A DNA stretch of 32,467 bases, from IMG/VR virus record IMGVR_UViG_3300003430_000040, positions 1-32,467 of that record. One strand, 5' to 3'. The notes below the pieces were generated by a model, which was given only the letters and a program-made list of their open reading frames with translations, had not been told where the DNA came from and did no database searches. Both the position numbers and the translations under genes were made by a program. Origin of the DNA: a virus (lineage: Duplodnaviria > Caudoviricetes). Position 1 is the first letter of the stretch. The number at the start of each line of letters is the position of its first letter. This document shows, one piece after another, positions 1 to 11,300 of this stretch.

Positions 1-2
1 GC

Positions 3-1025
3 GGTGAAATCGTCACTTCGTTTGAAGAAAACAATGTGATGATGCCTCTGCACCGCGTTCGCACCATTTCCAGCGGTAAGTCGGCCCAGTTCCCGGTCAC
101 GGGCGTTGCTGGTGCTGGTTACCACACCCCGGGTGAGAGCCTGCTCTCGACTCCCTCGGCTACGGCTACGGTGGCTGGTACTGGTGGTACGCTTGTTGGT
201 CCCACTACGACCGCTACTTCCAAGTACCTCAACAAGTTCAAGCACAACGAAAAGGTTGTCTTCATTGATGATGTGCTGGTTTCGTCGGTGTTCGTTGCTG
301 ACATCGATGAAATGAAGAACCACTACGATGTCCGTTCGGTGTATTCGACGGAAATCGGTCGTGCGCTTGCGTATGCGGCTGACCGGGCCCTGCTCCGCAC
401 GGCTATTCTTGGTGCGCGCTCGCTCCGAGATCGTTTTGACGATACTAGTGCGGTTTCGCCGTACAGGGGTACTGCTATTGGTACTGGTACGGATGGGGCT
501 GACCTCATTACTTCGCTTTTCATCGCTGCTCAAACCATGGATGAAAAGAATGTTCCGTCGAATGATCGCTACTGCATCCTGCCTCCGCTGATGTACTACC
601 GTATTGTTAACGGGACTAGCGATGCCATCAACCGCGATTATGGTAACGATGGGAACGGCAGTATTGCTAGTGGTATGATCATGTCGGTTGCTGGTATCCG
701 CATTCTGAAGAGTAACCACCTTCCGACTGCTAATGAAACGGGCGCAAACATCGACCCGCTGTTTGGTAGTTCTGCTATTAAGAATGATCCGGGCGGTTCC
801 GTTGGCACGGGCTACTCGGGTGCAGACTTTAGCGGCACCCGGGGCCTTGTCTTCCAGCGTGAAGGCCTTGCTACGGTGAAGTTGATGGACCTGAGCGTCG
901 AAAGCGAGTATGTCATGGAGCGCATGGGCACCCTGATGCTTGCTAAGTACGCGATGGGCCACTCGGTTCTCCGTAATGAATGCTGCGTCGAACTGACGAG
1001 TGAGGCCCTTCCTGCGGGGGCTTGA
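3..1025 (+). CDS. Major capsid protein (T7 gp10-like), 5'-truncated
   Basis: Frame is open from the window edge (GEIVTSFEENNVMMPLHRVRTISSGKSAQFP). RTISSGKSAQFP, IDD.L, 'HYDVRS.YS.E.G.ALA...D' and the C-terminal 'AKYAMGH.VLR.EC' are typical of T7-like capsids. Confidence 0.95.
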   Translation, partial: GEIVTSFEENNVMMPLHRVRTISSGKSAQFPVTGVAGAGYHTPGESLLSTPSATATVAGTGGTLVGPTTTATSKYLNKFKHNEKVVFIDDVLVSSVFVADIDEMKNHYDVRSVYSTEIGRALAYAADRALLRTAILGARSLRDRFDDTSAVSPYRGTAIGTGTDGADLITSLFIAAQTMDEKNVPSNDRYCILPPLMYYRIVNGTSDAINRDYGNDGNGSIASGMIMSVAGIRILKSNHLPTANETGANIDPLFGSSAIKNDPGGSVGTGYSGADFSGTRGLVFQREGLATVKLMDLSVESEYVMERMGTLMLAKYAMGHSVLRNECCVELTSEALPAGA

Positions 1026-1041
1026 TTAGTTTGTGAGTTGA

Positions 1042-1087
1042 AAGGGGGGATGGTTCCCTTAGTTGGGTTCCATCCCCTCTTTTGTTT
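1042..1087 (+). terminator. Intrinsic terminator after the capsid gene (Tphi-like position)
   Basis: GGGGATGG...CCATCCCC stem followed by TCTTTTGTTT, between the capsid and tail tube A genes. Confidence 0.8.
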
Positions 1088-1098
1088 GAGGAACAAAT

Positions 1099-1713
1099 AT
1101 GCCACTTACCAAGACTACTAGGCTGCAAGCCATCAACACCATGTTGAGTGTCATCGGAGAAACTCCGGTTTCTTCTACGACGGCTCCTCGGGCTGATGCT
1201 CAAATCGCCAACAACATCCTTGACGAAGTCACTCGGGAAGTTCTGTCTTACGGGTGGCACTTCAATACTGAACGGGATGTCGAATGGACTCCTGAAACCA
1301 GTACTGGTTACATCTATGTCGCTGACTCCATTACGCGGGTTGATATGGATGCGGCCAACACCGAATACGATGTGACTGTGCGGTATAACACCACGGTCAA
1401 CGCTAATCTCCTGTACAACCTCAAGGACAACACCTATGTCTTTGGGGCATCCGTCAAGGTCATGTATGTGATCCTGATTGACTTTGATCAACTGCCAGAA
1501 GAAGCCCGTCGGTATATCTTCATTCGGGCTGCTAGAATCTTTCAGGACCGTGTCGTAGGTTCAGAGAAGATCCACGGATTCACCCAGATGGACGAAGTCC
1601 AAGCCCTTGCTAAGTTGCAGGAGTTTGAGTCAGACACGGGTGACTACAGCATCTTCCAGTCTTACGATGTGGCTCGTACCTTCATTCGTCGCGGTTCTTA
1701 CTGGGTTAACTGA
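1099..1713 (+). CDS. Tail tubular protein A (T7 gp11-like)
   Basis: L.AIN.ML..IGE.PV, GWHFNTE and 'F.QLPE.AR.YI..RAAR.FQ' motifs. GAGG RBS. Position after the capsid gene. Confidence 0.93.
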   Translation: MPLTKTTRLQAINTMLSVIGETPVSSTTAPRADAQIANNILDEVTREVLSYGWHFNTERDVEWTPETSTGYIYVADSITRVDMDAANTEYDVTVRYNTTVNANLLYNLKDNTYVFGASVKVMYVILIDFDQLPEEARRYIFIRAARIFQDRVVGSEKIHGFTQMDEVQALAKLQEFESDTGDYSIFQSYDVARTFIRRGSYWVN

Positions 1714-4682
1714 TGCCTCTGATTAACACTTCTATCCCGAACTTCATTGGTGGTGTGAGCCAACAGCCTGCGGCTATCCGCAAGAACAACGAAGCGGAAG
1801 AGGTTGTTAATGCCATCCCCTCGCCTGTGGAGGGCCTGATTAAGCGTCCCCCGGCTGAATATGTATCTCAGTTGTATCGAGGCATTCCGGGCACTAGCCC
1901 AACCAATAATCAAGCCACAAAGTTTTGGTTTGACGATCCGACCAACTCCCTGTTCTTCCATCTGATTGAGCGTGACGAGCAGGAAAAGTATCTACTGTAT
2001 ATCGATAAGAATGGCCGTTACGGTATTCACGATCTGATCAACAATACTCCAAAGAGTCTATTTACTAGTGCCGGAAGTTTGTTTGGTGGCGTTGATTCTC
2101 CCGCCCAACGATCAGCGGTCACAATTGGCGATGTCACCTTCGTGGCCAACGCTAAGACCCAACCCCTGTACACCAACGACACCGTCGCGCAAAACCCTAG
2201 CGTCTATGATCAGAACGCTTTGGTTTGGATTAAGCAGGCTAACTATGGGCGAGAGCATAGCATCACCCTAACTAGCAGCGATAACCGGGTGTATACCTAT
2301 AAGCACAATACGCGATCTGTTGCGGTTGTGGTTGATGGAACAGGTAGCGGAACTACCGCTGGAGCGGTTCTTGGTCCTGTACAACTCACTTATGCGAACA
2401 AAGGTGTGAAGGCTGATGTATATCCTCAAGCCTATATCACTTATGCCGGATCCAACAACAGAGTAAGCGATGTGCGCTTGGTTACCGACTTTGTAGGTCT
2501 TGAGCAGCCTTTGTCCGTTCAGGGTCCCGGGGATACTGGAACGGATACCGGTGTGCTACTTAATATCCCCACAGGCAACGGCGTTAGTGGCGCACAGGTT
2601 CGTATCAAAGCCGATAGTAGTGGCGAGATCGGTACTAACCATGTTGCTGAGGGTTTAGCGAATGGTCGTAGTTCTGGTTACATCGGGCCTAGGGATGGTC
2701 TCGATGGCAACTTTACCGACCCGGCAAGTGGTGCCGCTACTGCTCCCTATGAGACAAACCGCTTCAATAACACCCGTGTTCGTGATGGTGTTATCTGGAT
2801 CAAAGCCCGAACCTCTTCTCCACTAGACTTTGATATCGCTGTTGGGGATGACTTTGCAGGGGACGGTCTTGTGATTATCCGGGATACGGTAGAACGCTTT
2901 GAGGATCTCCCCCCAACGGCACCCCACGGTTACATGGTCAAGGTGGCTGGTGTTCCCGAATCATCCTATGATGATTACTGGGTCAAGTTTGAAGCAGAAG
3001 ACGGGGACTTCTCACGGGGAATTTGGGTGGAAACCGTGGCTCCGGGACTCAAGTACAAACTAAGTGCAACCACCATGCCTATTCTGGTCATCAGGACGGA
3101 TACTGGTGGTTTTGTTGTTAAAACTGCTGATGGGACCGCTGCTACTGGAGTTCCAAACGCTACCAGTTATTTGTGGTCAGATCGCTTGGTTGGGGATGAG
3201 GACACCAATCCAACCCCTTCTTTTGTGGGCAGCACCTATTACTCGACAGGGCCAAAGATTAATGGCCTTGTGTACTTTCAAGGTCGCCTAGGGGCTATTT
3301 CTGGGGAGAACATTATCTTCTCAGAAACGGGTCAGTTCTTTAATTTCTTCAGGACTACTGTCCTAGATCTTCTGGATACCGACTCAATCGATATTGCCTC
3401 GTCCTCGTCCAAGTCTGGTGTCATCCATTCAGCCATCCCATTCAATCGGGATCTGATCCTGTGGACTCCCACTAACCAGTCTGTGCTGCGTACTGGAGAA
3501 ACCTTTACGCCCAAGAGCGTATCCATTACGCCCGCCGCGGACTACGAAAACCAGTCGAACCTATGCCGTCCAGTTCCATCGGCTAACTCAATCTTCTTTA
3601 CCTACAACAACGGTGGGTATGTGGGTATGCGCGAACTGGTACCTCAGCCTGCGCTTGATGGGTCATATCTCGCCAACGACCTGACTACCAATGTCTCCCG
3701 GTACATCACAGGCTCGCCGGGATCCTTGGCGGCTTCAACGCACGACAACATCGTTGCCGTGATTGCCAACCGCAAGTTGTACATTTATCGATACCTTGCG
3801 ATCAACAATGAACGAGCGCAGTCAGCGTGGGTTGAGTGCGACTTCTCTGACTCATCCAAGATCTTTGTAGATCAAGATGCCCATGGATCGGCTTCTGCTG
3901 AACCTATTTGGGTAGGGTTTGTTGAGTCGGATATGTATGTGGCTCTGTCGGTGCGTCGTAAGACAGGGCTGATTCCTCCTCTGGCTAACTCTTTCATCCC
4001 AGTCCTAGTCAAGGTCCGCATGGGTTCTGGCCTTAACGACAGCCCCATCAATGACTGGATGACGCACTTGGACTTCCGTACCAGACTGACTGGCGGGACC
4101 TATGTGGGTGGTGGAACGAACCAAACAACCTTCACTCTCCCGTATCCAATGGATTACGCTGCTGGGATCAGCAAGGTTGCGAACGACGAAGGAAACTCTA
4201 TTCCTATTGTCTCAGGCACTCCCGCTGTTCTTGTTGAGGGAGCAAATACTGGTGGTGGCAATACGGTAGGTACCGTTGTCTTGTCTGGCAATTATTCAGA
4301 TGAAGATTTGTGGTTTGGGGCCCCCTACGAAATGAAGTACACCTTCTCGACCCAGTATCTCAAGCGTGGGCAGAATATGCCTGCACTACTGGGTGGACGC
4401 TACCAACTGCATAACATGATTCTTCAGTTTGCCGAAACTGGCTACTTCAAGGTCACCACACAAACCCCAGATGGAACCCCCTACGAATATGAGTTTGCAG
4501 GGGACATTCTGGGATCTAGTCTTGTCGGTGAGGCGTTCTTGAAGACTGGGCAGTTCCGTGTACCCATCTTCAGCAAGAACGACAACATCACCATTTCGAT
4601 CATTAGCAGTTCATTCTTGCCCTGCAAGATTCTGTCTGGAGAAGTTGAAGCAGAATTTACCAGTAGGTCCAACAGCGTCTGA
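1713..4682 (+). CDS. Tail tubular protein B / nozzle (T7 gp12-like)
   Basis: N-terminal GGVSQQP and GLIKRPP, 'W.ETVAPG', 'R.VGD..TNP.PSFVG', 'F.NFFRTTV....D.D.ID' and QSAW motifs. Confidence 0.93.
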   Translation: MPLINTSIPNFIGGVSQQPAAIRKNNEAEEVVNAIPSPVEGLIKRPPAEYVSQLYRGIPGTSPTNNQATKFWFDDPTNSLFFHLIERDEQEKYLLYIDKNGRYGIHDLINNTPKSLFTSAGSLFGGVDSPAQRSAVTIGDVTFVANAKTQPLYTNDTVAQNPSVYDQNALVWIKQANYGREHSITLTSSDNRVYTYKHNTRSVAVVVDGTGSGTTAGAVLGPVQLTYANKGVKADVYPQAYITYAGSNNRVSDVRLVTDFVGLEQPLSVQGPGDTGTDTGVLLNIPTGNGVSGAQVRIKADSSGEIGTNHVAEGLANGRSSGYIGPRDGLDGNFTDPASGAATAPYETNRFNNTRVRDGVIWIKARTSSPLDFDIAVGDDFAGDGLVIIRDTVERFEDLPPTAPHGYMVKVAGVPESSYDDYWVKFEAEDGDFSRGIWVETVAPGLKYKLSATTMPILVIRTDTGGFVVKTADGTAATGVPNATSYLWSDRLVGDEDTNPTPSFVGSTYYSTGPKINGLVYFQGRLGAISGENIIFSETGQFFNFFRTTVLDLLDTDSIDIASSSSKSGVIHSAIPFNRDLILWTPTNQSVLRTGETFTPKSVSITPAADYENQSNLCRPVPSANSIFFTYNNGGYVGMRELVPQPALDGSYLANDLTTNVSRYITGSPGSLAASTHDNIVAVIANRKLYIYRYLAINNERAQSAWVECDFSDSSKIFVDQDAHGSASAEPIWVGFVESDMYVALSVRRKTGLIPPLANSFIPVLVKVRMGSGLNDSPINDWMTHLDFRTRLTGGTYVGGGTNQTTFTLPYPMDYAAGISKVANDEGNSIPIVSGTPAVLVEGANTGGGNTVGTVVLSGNYSDEDLWFGAPYEMKYTFSTQYLKRGQNMPALLGGRYQLHNMILQFAETGYFKVTTQTPDGTPYEYEFAGDILGSSLVGEAFLKTGQFRVPIFSKNDNITISIISSSFLPCKILSGEVEAEFTSRSNSV

Positions 4683-4683
4683 T

Positions 4684-5163
4684 ATGCTGTCGGATATGCT
4701 GGTAGATGTCAGGTGGTCAAGGGATTTTGACGCTACTGTAGTGGCTCAGGATATGCGTCAGGCTGACATCGATGAGGTGTTCGCCTGTAGCGGCCAAGGC
4801 CCCCAAGAGGCTCTGAGGACGGCTCTAAGCCACTCTACGGAGTGCTTTACCGTAGTAGCCCAAAGCACCGATCTACCCTTGGCTATGTTCGGCTACTACC
4901 GAAGTGACGATATCAAGTCGGTTGTTTGGATGCTGGGGACCAATCAACTGTACAAGTATCGTATGGATTTTCTCCGAAAGTCCCGCAAGTGGTGTGACTA
5001 CCTACAAGGTACGAATCCGCTTCTGTACAACCTAATTGACCAACGCAACACCGCCCACATCAGGTGGCTGGAGTGGCTTGGGTTCAAGTTTGTAAGAATT
5101 ATTCCCCAATACGGGCATTTAAACCTACCATTTATAGAATTTGTGAGGGTGCGTCATGTGTGA
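4684..5163 (+). CDS. gp13-like internal virion assembly protein (GNAT-like)
   Basis: 'MRQAD..E..A', 'VWMLGT' and 'N....RN..HIRWL.WLGF.F' motifs. The start is probably ATG 4684 or 4696 rather than 4558, which overlaps gp12. Confidence 0.8.
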   Translation: MLSDMLVDVRWSRDFDATVVAQDMRQADIDEVFACSGQGPQEALRTALSHSTECFTVVAQSTDLPLAMFGYYRSDDIKSVVWMLGTNQLYKYRMDFLRKSRKWCDYLQGTNPLLYNLIDQRNTAHIRWLEWLGFKFVRIIPQYGHLNLPFIEFVRVRHV

Positions 5164-5821
5164 TCCAACTGGCGGTATCATTGCTTCAGTAGCAATTGGT
5201 GCTGCATCGGCGGCTGCTCAGGCAGATGCCCAGAACAAGGCGGCTAAGGAGCAGAATTCCTATAGGTCCCGTCTTGGCGTTGCAGGCAATAAGCAGTATG
5301 TCCAGAACGCTGAGGCTGTGATTCAGGATGTCGGCTCTCAGGTCGATCAGATTGTTCGTCAGAACGCCGAGCGTCAACTGGCGGTTCGTCAGGAACTGGA
5401 GGGGATCTCTAGGAACGCCCGAGAGGCCAAGGCTACCTACAGCACAGTCGCAGCCTCAGCAGGCGTAGAGGGCCGTAGCGTCGATTTGCTCCATGCCCAG
5501 TTTGACCGTGATGTCATGGAGTTTGAATCCGCTGCTGCCCGAAACATCAACAATATGCGGACCCAGATGGGCGTGGAGATCGAGGCCATCTATGCCCGTG
5601 GGCAGAGCGCGATCAATGGTGGCTACCCGGCCCCGCTGCCGCCTGCTGCTAACCCGAGCCCGTGGCTCCCGCTGATTAATGGCATTACCACGGGTATTAG
5701 CACCTACGGAGCCCTCAGTTCGTTCCAGACCCCGTCTGGAGTTGGTTCTCAGGCTAACATGAACACGACACCTCCCCCTCCCCCGGGCGTTCCTATTCCC
5801 GGCCTTCGGAGTAATTTCTAA
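5156..5821 (+). CDS. Internal virion (ejectosome) protein, gp14-like
   Basis: MCDP start, Ala/Gln-rich helical body, 'A.SAGV.G.SV..L' motif, syntenic position. Confidence 0.8.
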   Translation: MCDPTGGIIASVAIGAASAAAQADAQNKAAKEQNSYRSRLGVAGNKQYVQNAEAVIQDVGSQVDQIVRQNAERQLAVRQELEGISRNAREAKATYSTVAASAGVEGRSVDLLHAQFDRDVMEFESAAARNINNMRTQMGVEIEAIYARGQSAINGGYPAPLPPAANPSPWLPLINGITTGISTYGALSSFQTPSGVGSQANMNTTPPPPPGVPIPGLRSNF

Positions 5822-8364
5822 TGGCTAAAGCACGACCATCACTTGATATTACGGCGCGACCCGTCAGCACCTTTGTCGCGCCTAACCAGAACGCTGTTGC
5901 GGCTGAACTGTACGATCAACAGACTGTACAGAACGCCCTTCAGTTTGCCGATGCCTTCAGCAATCTGTCAGTCAGCGCAGCACGACTTGCGGGAGCCCTG
6001 AAGCAGCAGTCTAACGAAGAAGAGATTCTGAAGGGTCAGGATCTGGTCAACCAGAGCCGACGCTCTTATCAGCAACTGGTTTCAGAAGGTCAGATCAAGC
6101 CCACGGAGAACCCGTGGTTTGCTATTGGTGCCCAGAAGGCTAGTGGAACCATGGAGGCTGCTAAGGCCCGGGCTAACTTTGAAACTCTGCTGGAAAAGAA
6201 GATCCAAGAGGATCCCAACTTCCTTGATGATCCCCGGGGCTTTGATGCCTTTGCCTACCAGTACACGCAGAATGTCAATCAGTTTATTGGCGATGCGTCG
6301 TACATGAGCCGCTCGTTCTACGAGTCGTTCAACCCCTTTGTTGGATCTATGCAGGCCAAGCATGAGCAGCGGGTTGTTGAGCATAACCAGAATAAGATTC
6401 TTAGCGGTGCGGGGGCTCTGGTAGATCAGGTTGTCTACGATTTTGGAAACACCGATCCGGCTTTTCATAAAGGTTTGCTGGCTTATTTCCAGACTCAGTT
6501 TGATAACTACGCCCTAAGTGGTGTTCCCAGCCATCAAGTTAATGTGGCTGTGGCGGCACACCTGATTGACGCTGCGTCTACCGGAGATAACCCCCAGCAG
6601 GCTTTGGATCTGTTGAATGGAGTCAAGGCGGGTACTGGTCGTTTGGCCGATGTTCGTGAGGTCAAGGATCTTCTGCGTCGGGCTAATCCTAAGATTCAAG
6701 AAAACATCTCCCGCTTGACCGATGCTGAGTTTGCCCGTGTTACTCAAATCATGGAAGAGAACACAATTCCCCGAGTTCTTGACGGATATCTGACTTACGA
6801 GCAGGGAGCAGATATTGTCCGCAAGGAAGCCTCAAAGTACACCGGGGCTAGGGGAGTAGATAGCCTACTTTCTCGCTACGAGTCAGACTACAATCGCGCC
6901 AAGGCTCAACAGGAAAAGGCGTTTCAGCAGTCCCAGTCAGACGCTATTTACTCTGTCCTAACTGAAACGCAAACCAACCCCGACCGTAATGCTCTGATGC
7001 AGAAGATCAAGGATCTTAATCTGCCACCCGAGCAGTTCTTCAGAGCAACGGAACTTTTCAATCGTGAGTTTGATGCTGCGGCAGAAACCCGTCAACTTAA
7101 TGCCACAATTCAGGCTACCAACACTCTTTGGGTCGGTACGGGTCAAGGGGATGGCCTGTTCCCGAACATCGACCGTGAACTGGATGAAGCGGCCAAGCCG
7201 GGATCTACCAGTATCCCTTCTTGGGGTGACTATGACCGGGCCGTCAAGGACTTTACCACGGATACCCTAGGTCTTCAGCCTAGTCAGGATCAGTTTAAGC
7301 GGGTCCGCGAAGATGCCTTTGTGAAGATCAGCCGTAAGGTTGACGAATGGGAAGCCAAGTATCGTCCTGCTCCCGGAGATAACCAAGAAATTCTTCAGTT
7401 CAAACAGCAGATGGGCTACAAGGCTACGGCAATGCGTATGACCTTGGCTGCTCAATTTGATGATCCACGGTATCTTTCCGATACTTACAAGAGTTTCTAT
7501 GAGGAATTGAACCCACAGGCTGTTGAAACTGATCGTCCTCTTCCGGCAACTGAACTGATGATTAATGCGTTCATGTTCGCTAGGGATAACAACCAGAACA
7601 TCGATGCTATTCTTCCTACTGGGGAAAACGGTAAGGAAGTTGTCAAGATGCTGGAGTATGCCGCTGGCCGTGTACGCAGGGGCGAAGATCTACGGGCTGT
7701 GGCTCAGGATGTTTCATCCATGCGTCTGTTTGGCCGCGAAACTGGCAAGGACCCCTTTGATGTCAAGAACCCTTTGAAGTGGGTTGATCAGTTTGGCGGC
7801 GATCAGGACACAACTAAAAACATTGTTGGGGCTCTTGAAGAAATCCGTAGTGCTGCCTTAGCGTCTTCTCCTACTGGACAACTTGAGACAGACGCTGTTC
7901 CTTATATGGACTATGCGTTCCGCACCGCTTGGGCCAACGCTATTCAAGACAACGGTATGGCTAGCCAATATGCCTATCGTGCTGCAAAGGAACAGTTGTT
8001 GAAAGACCATGTCTTTGTGCGCGGCAGCATGATTCCTCGTACCGCCCTAGGAGATAAGAACGAAGCCTTCCTTGAAGCGTTCTTGGATGTCAACTTTCCA
8101 AACAACCCCAATGCTACCTTTGTGGTTGTCAGCCTTCCGGGAGCAAGGGAAACTTTGTTCGGAGTCCGTGAAAACGGTCAGCCGCTAGTCAATAAGTTTT
8201 ATAGGGCTTCAGAACTTACTGTGCCGACTATGCCAGAAACGCGCAAGGTCTTTGATAAGGCTTTGGATAAGGCGGTTCTTGGTCGAATTACACCTAACCA
8301 AGTCAGGGGCCAAACTGCTCAAGCCCTGAGCAATTGGCTTAAGAATTGGCTTTGGAATAACTGA
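5821..8364 (+). CDS. Internal virion protein, gp15-like
   Basis: 847-aa helical protein in the gp15 position, translationally coupled (TAATG). Confidence 0.7.
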   Translation: MAKARPSLDITARPVSTFVAPNQNAVAAELYDQQTVQNALQFADAFSNLSVSAARLAGALKQQSNEEEILKGQDLVNQSRRSYQQLVSEGQIKPTENPWFAIGAQKASGTMEAAKARANFETLLEKKIQEDPNFLDDPRGFDAFAYQYTQNVNQFIGDASYMSRSFYESFNPFVGSMQAKHEQRVVEHNQNKILSGAGALVDQVVYDFGNTDPAFHKGLLAYFQTQFDNYALSGVPSHQVNVAVAAHLIDAASTGDNPQQALDLLNGVKAGTGRLADVREVKDLLRRANPKIQENISRLTDAEFARVTQIMEENTIPRVLDGYLTYEQGADIVRKEASKYTGARGVDSLLSRYESDYNRAKAQQEKAFQQSQSDAIYSVLTETQTNPDRNALMQKIKDLNLPPEQFFRATELFNREFDAAAETRQLNATIQATNTLWVGTGQGDGLFPNIDRELDEAAKPGSTSIPSWGDYDRAVKDFTTDTLGLQPSQDQFKRVREDAFVKISRKVDEWEAKYRPAPGDNQEILQFKQQMGYKATAMRMTLAAQFDDPRYLSDTYKSFYEELNPQAVETDRPLPATELMINAFMFARDNNQNIDAILPTGENGKEVVKMLEYAAGRVRRGEDLRAVAQDVSSMRLFGRETGKDPFDVKNPLKWVDQFGGDQDTTKNIVGALEEIRSAALASSPTGQLETDAVPYMDYAFRTAWANAIQDNGMASQYAYRAAKEQLLKDHVFVRGSMIPRTALGDKNEAFLEAFLDVNFPNNPNATFVVVSLPGARETLFGVRENGQPLVNKFYRASELTVPTMPETRKVFDKALDKAVLGRITPNQVRGQTAQALSNWLKNWLWNN

Positions 8365-8368
8365 TAAC

Positions 8369-11300
8369 ATGGCAGACTTTTATTTCTCTAGTCCTATCTT
8401 TGCCAAGACTCCTGCGGAACTTGCGGCAGAACGCAAGGCCCTTAGCGAGGCTCCGTTCCATGATCCCGATATGGGATTGCTTACCTCGTCGTGGGCCGAG
8501 CGGTTCTTGTCGGGAGCGACCCAGTCTCTCCTTGGGTCCGCAACCTTTCAAGCAGTAGAGGGCGGCTACGATCTGCTTAGTGGCGAATCGGATGACCCAC
8601 TCAATCTAGAAACGGATGTCGATCAGATTGACGCTAATTCTCCCACATCGTTCAGCATGGGGAACAACCGCACAGGCATTATTGAAAAACTGAATACCAT
8701 TCCGCAGGATGAGTGGCAGTATGCTCTTGCAGCCCGTACCTATAACGAGTTTCTTGATCGTGTAGAGTTCATCAAGCGGGGCACCCCTGAAGCACAGCCT
8801 TCTGCTTTGGGCCTTGCTACGGGCATGGTGGCTGATGCTGGGGCCATGATGGTTGGTGGGATGCTGGCAGAGCCTATTGCTTTGGCTGGCCTTGGGACGC
8901 GCACTACGCTGGCTGGACGGGCCGCTGCCGCTACCTACGGTCGATACGGTGTGCAGGCTGCGGGAACGGCTAGCAGGACCGCTGAGGCTGCGGCAGAGGC
9001 TGCTGCTACCCTGTCCCGGACTGGCCTTGCGGCCCGTTGGGCGGCTCTGGGGGCTGGGGAAGAAGTGGTTTACGCCATGGCTAGGGAGGGTATTGACCCG
9101 AACTATGACCCCACCTTTGGTGAACTGGCCTTCAGTATGACCCTGTCAGCGGGTATTGCCGGGGGTCTGGGTGGTGCCGCCTTTGGTCGTACCTTTGCTT
9201 CCGACCAGATTCAAGACGCTGCTGAGTCAATGTACCGGGCTCGACAGGTTGATCTTCCGGGTGGGTACACGATCAACTATACCCCATTCCCTTTCCAGTC
9301 TGCGGCCTATGTTGACGAGACTGTGCTGCGTGGGACAGCCGCTCAAGCCACAAGCGGGATGATTGACACGGCTGCTGTTGCGGCCAAGGCAGAATGGGAT
9401 GCGCTTCCTCAAGCCCTAGATCCCAGTCAAATTGGTGGTCGTAATCCCATGATGGCCGCTGCATTTGAAGTTTCATTGGCTACTGGAACTCAGCCCACGG
9501 TTCAAACTTTTTCTGCAATTACCCGGGCCATGGCTGCTGCTCAACGCGCTGGCGGATACGGGTTTGGTTTTAACTCAGTTTTCTGGAAGGAACTGAGCAA
9601 GGAACTTGGGCCAGAGATTACAGAAAAGTTACGCCCACAGGGTACCCGTGCAGTACTTAGTTCAGCCGATTCAAGGGCTGTGGCTGTTGCTGAACGGGGT
9701 GAACTGGTCGATCAGGTCTGGCAGTACTTCAATACTGGTCGATATGGTGCAGACCCGGCGGCACCTCAGTCTCTGATCTTTGTGGTTCTTGAAGAGATCC
9801 GTACCCGTGGTGGTACTGTCAATCGTCAGGTTGTTTCTGAAGTGATTGACGAGTTGCAGGCTATTGCAAAAAACCCGCCTACCCGGGTGAATACCAAGGG
9901 CCGTACTGTTCTTGACCCCGCTGGCCGTCGTGCTGCGGTGATCGGAATCATCAATAACCGCGTTGGAGATTTGGCCGCAGGCAGCGCACGAACTCAAGGT
10001 AGGGCTGCGGGGCGAACCCGAAAGCCTGTGTCGATTCCTGAAAGCGTCCTTGCCAAGTTGGGATCCCGGACCACGCCTAGGGCTGCTCAGGCGGCTACTG
10101 GAGAGGCGGTGATGGCTGGAGGTCCTGATGGGGCTCCCGCTACCCCCACGGCTGGTAATGGGACTTGGGACAATGCGGCTCCTAAGCAGTTGACTGCGTT
10201 CCTGACCGAGCGTATTCCGCTACTGTCGCCCCTGCTGAATCAGGCTGCACGGGCTATGGAGTCAGATAACCCGGCCATCCGTCACATTGCGAGCCTTGCA
10301 TTCAACGCCCGTCGCTCAGTCGGTAAGGCAATCAAGTACACCATCTTTGAAGAAGGCACTCAACTGCTTCACGCCAGTATGTTTTCCTTCCTGCGTGGGT
10401 ACCGAAATACTTACCTACGGTTCGCCTCTGGCGGTGGGGTGAACAATGTCGCGGCTGACTCTGTATCGCTTGTGGACAACCTACGGTTTGCCTTTGGCAA
10501 CAAAGCCGTTCGTCAGGACTTCAATAAGCGGGTCGCCAAGCAACTCCGTACTGGGGCCTTTGACGATTCGGTTGATGCCGTTAACGATGCAGCCCGGGGC
10601 TTCCAAGAGATCTTCCAGAAGGTCCATGGGCTTGCGTTTGAGTCGGGTCTTGCGGGATTCACCAAGTCAGCGGTGCGTAACTATATGCCCCGTATGTGGC
10701 GATTTGACCTGATCCGGGACATTGCTAACACGGCTGAGGGTACCCAAGTTCTTGAGCGTCTGATCAAGCAGGCGATTGACAAGAATGGTCGTAAGGTTGT
10801 GATTGATGGAGTCGAAGAAGTCTTTGAGGGTGATTCTGCGGCAGCAGCCAAGGCATTCACCGACCGTCTTATTTCGATTGCCAAGAACACCGAGAATCGT
10901 CCGATGTCCTCGCAGGATCAGGAACTGGTTGAGGCTTTGGGTGACTTGCTTGGGCCTCTCAAGACTAAGGTGGGCAGCAAGACTCCCTTTGGCCGCTCCC
11001 GTATTCTGCTGGACGAAAGCACCGAGATTGTTGTCGGCAAGGACCTGTTGGGCAACGGTAAGGCCACGCTGGCTCTTGATGACCTCTTTGATGACGATCT
11101 TCCCAAGGTCTTCCGGAAGTACATCACCTCTGTTATGGGGGCAGTCAATGAGCGTAAGTTGATCAATGCCTATAACGATGCTCTTGCAGCCAATGGCTTC
11201 AAGGGTCCCAAGCAGATTCTGGAAGATGGTACTGAAATTCAGGAGGCCCTGAAGGTCAACACCATTGACGAGATGCTGGCTAATGCCCGGGCTACCGGAG

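Noticed and set aside
1000-1040. T7-style gp10A/10B capsid frameshift extension
   Set aside because: No convincing slippery site. The alternative frames close soon after, and a terminator follows.
8369-9000. Lytic transglycosylase domain at the gp16 N-terminus
   Set aside because: No recognisable ES...G.MQ-type motif. No endolysin was identified in the window.
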